Source: Scyliorhinus canicula (lineage: Eukaryota). From it: a stretch of DNA of 51,987 nucleotides. Under the pieces are notes generated by a model. That model was not told where the DNA came from, ran no database searches, and worked only from the letters and a program-made list of their open reading frames with translations. The translations under genes and the position numbers were made by a program. This document shows positions 45,766-51,987 of the stretch, piece after piece (the first letter of the stretch is position 1; each line of letters opens with the position of its first letter). Location of the stretch: assembly GCF_902713615.1 (NCBI RefSeq), contig NW_024055454.1, positions 124,001 to 175,987 on the forward strand, in the 5' to 3' direction.

Positions 45766-46314
45766 TATAGACTCAGAGCTCTTTGTTGATGCAATGTAGT
45801 CGCATTGATCACTGTACAGCACAACCCTCTATTAATCTCATTATAATTCTGCACCCCAGACACAATTTACCATCCCTCGCCCTAACTCAATATTAATTTC
45901 CGTTTTTTGCCGTTGCAACCCAGCTGAGGCCCATCTCTGATTTTGCCTTATCTTTATCTTTATTTTTTCAAGCTATAACGGCCTTTCTGTTTGGCATCAT
46001 TTATTGCATGTCACTATTTCCCTTGAGGAGATGACGGTGAGCTGCCTTCTTGAACTTCTGCAGTATACCTGGTGCTGATATACCCACATTGCTGTTCACG
46101 AGGGAGTTCCGCGAACCTGATCCAGCGACAGTGAATGAATAGTAACATAGTTACGAGTCAGGATGGATTTCCTGGAGGTGAACTTGCAGGTGGTGCTTAA
46201 TATTAACTTGTGAACCACAAACTAACCGCAATAACACCTCGCTGTAAACAGCCCTTACATCGTCCCAAAGTACATCCACAGCGACCGTCTCCCCTAATTT
46301 TGCGTCAAGACTGG

Positions 46315-46480
46315 GTGGCACGGTGGCACAGTGGTTAGCACTGCTGCCTAAGTCGCTGAGGACCCGGGTTCGATCCCGGCTCTAGGCCACTGCCTGTTTG
46401 GAGTTTGTACATTTTCCCCCTTCCTGCGTGAGTTTCACCCCCACAACCCGAAGATTGGCCACGCTAAATTGCCCTTAATA
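46315..46480 (+). mobile_element. tRNA-derived SINE
   Basis: GGTGGCACGGTGGCACAGTGGTTAGCACTGCTGCC..GGTTCGATCCCGG. Confidence 0.8.
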
Positions 46481-47334
46481 GAAACAAAAGATTTGGCTGT
46501 TGGAAATTTAAAAAAAATTGTATCGACCCTGAAACCATATCTTTCAACCTCACAACATATCCCAGTGTCATTCCAAAACGAATCCCACTCTGCATCAGCT
46601 CACTGCAACCCTATAGTAATCAAAATTACTCCCAGTGCTCAATCGCTGTCCGTCGACATTCAGAAATCCGAAAAATAGTAATGATGCGCCTAATAGGTAT
46701 TTCCCTCGTTTTGGTTCTGTAACCACCTTCTTCGCAGATATATCCTTCACAACTCCCGTATCTCTGTCAGTAATGCTGCCACTGTCACTCCTGGCGATGT
46801 AAATTGAAGGATACAACCAGATTACATTACTTCCCATTGCTTCCCTCAGTTGTTCTTCCAAGTGGGGTTTAATCGCCAAGAGGTTTATTTTACATCTGCA
46901 GTAAAAAGCAGACCGCCTCTGGTCATTCTAACTTGCGGGTGGGATAAGACCTACGGAGAAACGCTGGCAAAGGAGTCTACAAATCATGATTTATGGGTGT
47001 GGCTATATTACTCTGTTGTTTGAAAGGTCGGCGGGGCACCTCTCCTAGTTTTGGCAAAAGCCCCCAGATCTTACAGTGGTAGACATTGCGGGGTCGGCTG
47101 TGCGAAGGCGTACTTTAGTAATTGTCGGTGACTATTTTGATATCGAATGGCCCACCTGGCTTTATTCCTTTCAAACTTTCTGTAGCGGTTTGTTGCAACT
47201 CAATGGTTTGTTTGGGAATTTCCAAAGGCAGTTCAGAGTCAACAACATTGCTATGGGTCTGGAGTTACATAGAGATCAGACCCAGTATGGGTGACAGGTT
47301 TCTATCCTTAAAGGATATTAGCGACAGTAGAGAA

Positions 47335-47545
47335 GTGACAGTCCAAAGATGTGCGGGTTAGGTGGATTGGCCATGCTAAATTGCCCATAGTGTCCTAAAA
47401 AAAGTAAGGTTAATGGGGGGGGGGGGGTTGTTGGGTTACGGGTATAGGGTGGATACGTGGGTTTGAGTGGGGTGATCATGGCTCGGCACAACATTGAGGG
47501 CCGAAGGGCCTGTTCTGTGCTGTACTGTTCTATGTTCTATGAACT
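47335..47545 (+). mobile_element. HE1-type SINE 3' half
   Basis: Near-identical to 24635-24830. Confidence 0.85.
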
Positions 47546-47831
47546 ACATCATTTTCAAAACTTCCAATCTGACAGGTTAGATGTCACCATTAATGAGACT
47601 CACTTCTGTGCTGAGATTTATTTATTAATTGACTTTAAATTCTTCCTGTCAACCATGATGGGAGTGGAAATCGTGTCCTCAAAGCATTGCTCTGGGCCAT
47701 TGGATTGGTAGCCCAATAACATTAACTCCTGTTATGTTGGCGTTAAGGGGTGTGGGTGAGAGTACCGATGGTCCCCACTCTATGCGTTACTGGTATGCGG
47801 TTGAGAGTACTGATGGTCCCCACTCTATGTG

Positions 47832-48800
47832 TTACTGGTGTGCACTACAACAAACCGTCTTCCATTGGAACATTTGTGACCTGAAAATGTAGAGCAGGGG
47901 ATTCAGGACGGTGTTAAGAGAAGTGATAGCCCAGGTATACGGCCGAATGTTACAAATGTACCACCTCACAATTTCCCCCCTAGAATCCAGCAGGTTCCTT
48001 AAAATAAAAGAAAGTTCAATGACGTGAAATGGAGCAAAACATAAAAGCAGGAGAGCCAAAATCGCCAAAATGGTTCTCAGCACTTTCTTCTTCATCATTT
48101 CCATGGACTCCTTCCCAGCTCCAACTTCAATCAGTTTCTTTGCGCTCAGGGCATAGCAGGTCAATAGGATTAGGATTGGGATGAAAAATACAACCAATTC
48201 GGTACACAAAATAAGCACCAGGTTCCGCTCCCAGATTGAAACCTGAGCTCTGCATGAAAATGGGTTGTCCAATGTGCCTTTCCGGTGGAAAAAGATCAGA
48301 ACACCCAGGGTCAAAAATGTCAGCCAAGCTGTTAATGACAGAACAACGTAATATCGGGGTTTTCTCCATGCATGAAACGTGATGGGGTGGACAATAGCGA
48401 TGTATTGGTCAACAGCAATGCAGGTCATGAAGGCTGGGTTGCCGTAAAGACTGATTACGTTGGTGATAACGTCGATAAAACCAAGTAGCTGTACTGAAAT
48501 GAATGAATGTTCAATTTCCAATATGGCAATTCCGGAAGCCAGGATAATCAAGATGTTCATGATGATTAGGTCGAGCAGGAGGACATCAGTTGGTGATGAA
48601 AACTGCTTCTTCCGTATGATGTGCCACAGTGCAATTGCATTCCCAATGATTCCCAAAACAATGCACAGGACGAGGAAAAGGGGAATCACACGCAGGTGCA
48701 CCATGAAGTTGGATTCATTGGCGTTATCCGTTGGTTGTCCAATGCTATCATTTCCAGTCTGATTGGTGAGTGTTGCGTTCCAAGTCCCAATAATCGCCAT
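47832..48800 (-). CDS. Intronless class A (rhodopsin delta-branch, P2Y/LPAR-like) orphan GPCR, 322 aa
   Basis: Seven hydrophobic segments, N-terminal N-glycosylation sequons, TM1 GN, CIAVDQY (DRY-like), TM6 CFAP, TM7 NPLLY. Confidence 0.88.
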   Translation of the reverse strand: MAIIGTWNATLTNQTGNDSIGQPTDNANESNFMVHLRVIPLFLVLCIVLGIIGNAIALWHIIRKKQFSSPTDVLLLDLIIMNILIILASGIAILEIEHSFISVQLLGFIDVITNVISLYGNPAFMTCIAVDQYIAIVHPITFHAWRKPRYYVVLSLTAWLTFLTLGVLIFFHRKGTLDNPFSCRAQVSIWERNLVLILCTELVVFFIPILILLTCYALSAKKLIEVGAGKESMEMMKKKVLRTILAILALLLLCFAPFHVIELSFILRNLLDSRGEIVRWYICNIRPYTWAITSLNTVLNPLLYIFRSQMFQWKTVCCSAHQ

Positions 48801-49231
48801 TTGATGTTCTAGCGAACAATAAAGACAGCCAATTAAAAATATGGAGAAACTCCGAGTGGATATTGCACAATAAAGGTTCAGGTTTTAGTCTCAGATTATT
48901 GACTGTTGAAGGAATACATTGGGTCCGAAAGCCATTCTTCCTCTCTCACTCTTTCAGTCTTATAAAAGTCACATCTGCAAACTGTGCACACCAATAGTAC
49001 TGAATGATTCACGTGGCAAATTAATGCAGGATTGCGGAGATCGTGAATTAATCTGAACCCTGGAAATGTACAGATACGCAGAACGCTGTTCAATTGTGAA
49101 ATTTCATGCATTGCTCCGTCTGAAACCGTGATCTATTTCTGTCAGTGTGTTTCAGTCAACCTCGCTTAGATATATGTCTTCCTATTTCTATGTCTTCCTA
49201 TGTCTTCCTTACGTCAGTGGTAGGGAAATTA

Positions 49232-50590
49232 CTGGAGATAATTCTTCGAGACAGGATCTATTCCCATTTGGAAGCAGATGGACGTATTAGTGAGAGGCAG
49301 CATGATTTATGAAGGGGAGGTCGTGTCTCACGAACTTGACAGAGTTTTTCGAAGACATCATAAAAATGATTGATGCAGGTCGGGCAGTGGATGTTGTCTA
49401 TATGGGCTTCAGTAAGGCCTTTGACAAGGACCCTCATGGTGGACTGGTACAAAAGGTGAAGTCACACGGGATCAGGGGGGAGTTGGCAAGGTGGATACAG
49501 AAATGGCTAGGTCACAGAAGGCAGAGAGTAGCAATGGAAGGGTGCTTTTCTAATTGGAGGGCTGTGGCTAGTGGTGTTCCGCAGGGATCAGTGCTGGGAT
49601 CTTTGCTGTTCATAGTATATATAAATGATTTGGAGGAAACTGTAACTGGTCTGATTAGTAAGTTTGCAGACGACACAAGCTTGGTGGAATTGCGGATAGC
49701 GATGAGGGCTGTCAGAGGATACAGCAGGATTTAGATCGTTTGGAGACTTGGGCGGAGAGATGGCAGATGGAGTTTAATCCGGACAAATGTGAGGTAATGC
49801 ATTTTGGAAGGTCTAATGCAGGTAGGGAATGTACTGTGAATGATAGAACCCTCAAGAGTATTGACAGTCAGAGAGATCGAGGAGGTGGATAGGTCCACTG
49901 GTCACGGAAAGGGGCAATACAGGTGGAGAAGGTAGTCAAGAAGGCACACGGCATGCTTTCCTTCATTGGCCGGGGCATTGAGTATAAGAATTGGCAAGTC
50001 ATGTTGCAGCTGTATAGAACCTTAGTTAGGCCACACTTTGAGTATAGTGTTCAATTCTAGTCGCCACACTATCAGAAGGATGTTGAGGCTTGAGAGAGGG
50101 TGCAGAAGAGATTTACCAAGATGTTGCCTTGTATGGAGGGCATTTGCTATGAGGAGCGGTGGAATAAACTCGATTTGTTCTCACTGGAACGACGGAGGTT
50201 GAGGGGTGACCTGATAGAGGTCTACACAATTATGATTGGCATATACAGAGTGGATAGTCAGAAGCTTTTCCCCAGGGAAGAGGGGTCAATTACTAGGGGG
50301 CATAGTTTTAAGGTGCGAGGAGCAAGGTTTAGAGTAGATGTACGAGGCAAGTTTTTTACACAGAGGGTAGTGGGTGACTGGAACTCGGTGCTGGAGTTGG
50401 TGGTGGAAGCAGGGACGATAGTGACATTTAAGGGGCATCTTGATAAATACATGAACAGGATGGGAATAGAGGGATACAGACCCAGGAAGTGTAGAAGATT
50501 GCAGTTTTGTCAGGCAGCATGGTCGGCATGGGCTTGGAGGGCCGAATGGCCTGTTCCTGTGCTGTACTTTTCTTTGTTCTGTGTTATTAT
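49232..50590 (+). mobile_element. CR1 LINE, 5'-truncated, RT region to 3' UTR
   Basis: KGRSCLTNLTEFF..VDVVYM.FSKAFD..SGVPQGSVLG.LLF..YINDL..SKFADDT, then the CR1 C-terminus and tail. Confidence 0.95.
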
Positions 50591-50819
50591 CTAGGCATTG
50601 GTATTTAGAATAATGAGAGGTAACCTTATTGAAATACATAATGTATTGAGGGTACATGTTGCGGTTAATACACGGGGAGTGTTTCCTTGCGCGAGAAGAC
50701 TCAACTAGGGGCACAGTTTAAGAATAAGTATTCTACATTTTAAATAGGAATTAGGCCATTTTGTTCTCTCAGGCGGTCATTAGTCTGCGGAATTCTCATA
50801 ATTCACCCCAAGAAAGTAA

Positions 50820-51000
50820 TGAAATGAAATGAAAATCGCTTATTGTCACGAGTAGGCTTCAATGAAGTTATTGTGAAAAGCCCCTAGTCGCCACATTCCG
50901 GCGCCTGTCCGGGGAGGCTGGTACGGGAATCGAACCGTGCTGCTGGCCTGCTTGGTCTGCTTTAAAAGCCAGCGATTTAGCCCAGTGAGCTAAACCAGAC
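50820..51000 (-). mobile_element. SINE with (TTTCA)n tail
   Basis: Minus strand head TGGTTTAGCTCACTGGGCTAAATCGCTGGC..GGTTCGATTCCCG. Confidence 0.8.
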
Positions 51001-51987
51001 AATGGAAGTTGTGTCTTTAAATTTATTCAAGGCTGAGTTGGATAGATTGTTGATAGTTAAGGGAACCACGGGTGCTGGCTGGGGTGGGGGCGGGATTACA
51101 GACAGGAAGATGGAATTGAGACCACAATCAGATATACGAAGAGTAGGTTGACTGGCGGAGTAGGCTAAAGGGCCAGATAGCCCACACTTGCTTGCAAACC
51201 ATTTGATTATATGCCAGAATTAATTGCATTCTTGGTGGCCTGTCCCTCAAAGGGATGTTATTTAGAGAAAGGTGTATCTCAATTTCTCTGCCTCGGGGTA
51301 ATATCCGTCTGTTGACTGAAATATGCCAGCCGCTGCCCTGCATGGATGTGCTGCCGCAGGCACGATGGCACAATGATTAGTCCAGCTCCTTGACAGTGTC
51401 AGGGTCCCTGGTTCAATTCTGACCTTTGATGACTGTTTGTATGGAGTTTCCACTTTACCCTGTTTCTGTCTGGCCTTTCTGCGGCTGCTCCCACAGTCCA
51501 AAGTTGCGCAGGTTGGGTGCACTGTCCGCCTTGGGTAAGGTTATGGGGATGGGGTGGGACAGTGGACCTGGGGCGGAGCTCTCTTTCAGATGGTCGGTGG
51601 AGATTCACATGTTCTGGTGGAATTTGTTTTAATTCCCGATCCATTATCTGCCTTTTATTCTCCATTTTTTCTTTTCTTCATACTCACCTTGATACTTCCA
51701 CTCTTTCTGTTCCCACTGCTTGATAATATTTGAGAATCTAAATGCTCAACAACTGCTAACTGCATCAGCTGTGGAGGAAACACAAATATATTGGAAAAAC
51801 CGCTGGTCATGCAGGATCTTTCACTGTCCATAGTATTTCAATAGCTCCCATGTGTTTCCCTTGCTATCTCTTTCCCCTTTGTTCTCTCCTTCCCTCACTC
51901 GCCTTGTTTTAATCGCGCCATCTCACATTCTGTGTTTCCCTATCTCTACCAATGGTCTGCACCCTCTATGTTATTCTATCTGCTTGT

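Noticed and set aside
46595-46879. 94-aa minus-strand ORF
   Set aside because: No true ATG start, no recognisable domain, and no Ig Cys/Trp pattern.
1-51987. D, J or C segments, IgH-like V (TAILV) or NAR-TCR V domains
   Set aside because: I found no FGxG J motif with a 12-RSS, no C domain, and no IgH or VNAR signature; all V genes look like TCR alpha/delta V. A very decayed copy could have been missed by eye.

Overview
This is vertebrate genomic DNA from a cartilaginous fish; the HE1-type SINEs, CR1 LINEs and Penelope ends look catshark-like, but the species is an inference. The first ~37 kb is a T-cell receptor V-segment array, most similar to TCR alpha/delta V, with 23-bp-spacer RSSs and V genes on both strands. 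It holds five apparently functional V genes, one open V with a broken RSS, five V pseudogenes and three orphan leader exons. No D, J or C segments were seen. A decaying, internally duplicated tRNA cluster (Thr, Asn, Pro, Val, Arg; 33.7-41.5 kb) overlaps the end of the array, and an intronless class A GPCR gene follows (47.8-48.8 kb). The most notable observations are: minimal hammerhead ribozymes in Penelope ends with a covariant U3-A8 core; a leader+V gene in a single exon; a tRNA-Pro(TGG) with an 18-nt insert at the canonical intron position; CTCF and CRE motifs at family-specific positions around V genes; a duplicated head-to-head V cassette; a 2.9-kb 35-bp minisatellite; and a GPCR lacking D2.50, C3.25 and R3.50. 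Repeat boundaries are approximate and were read by eye.
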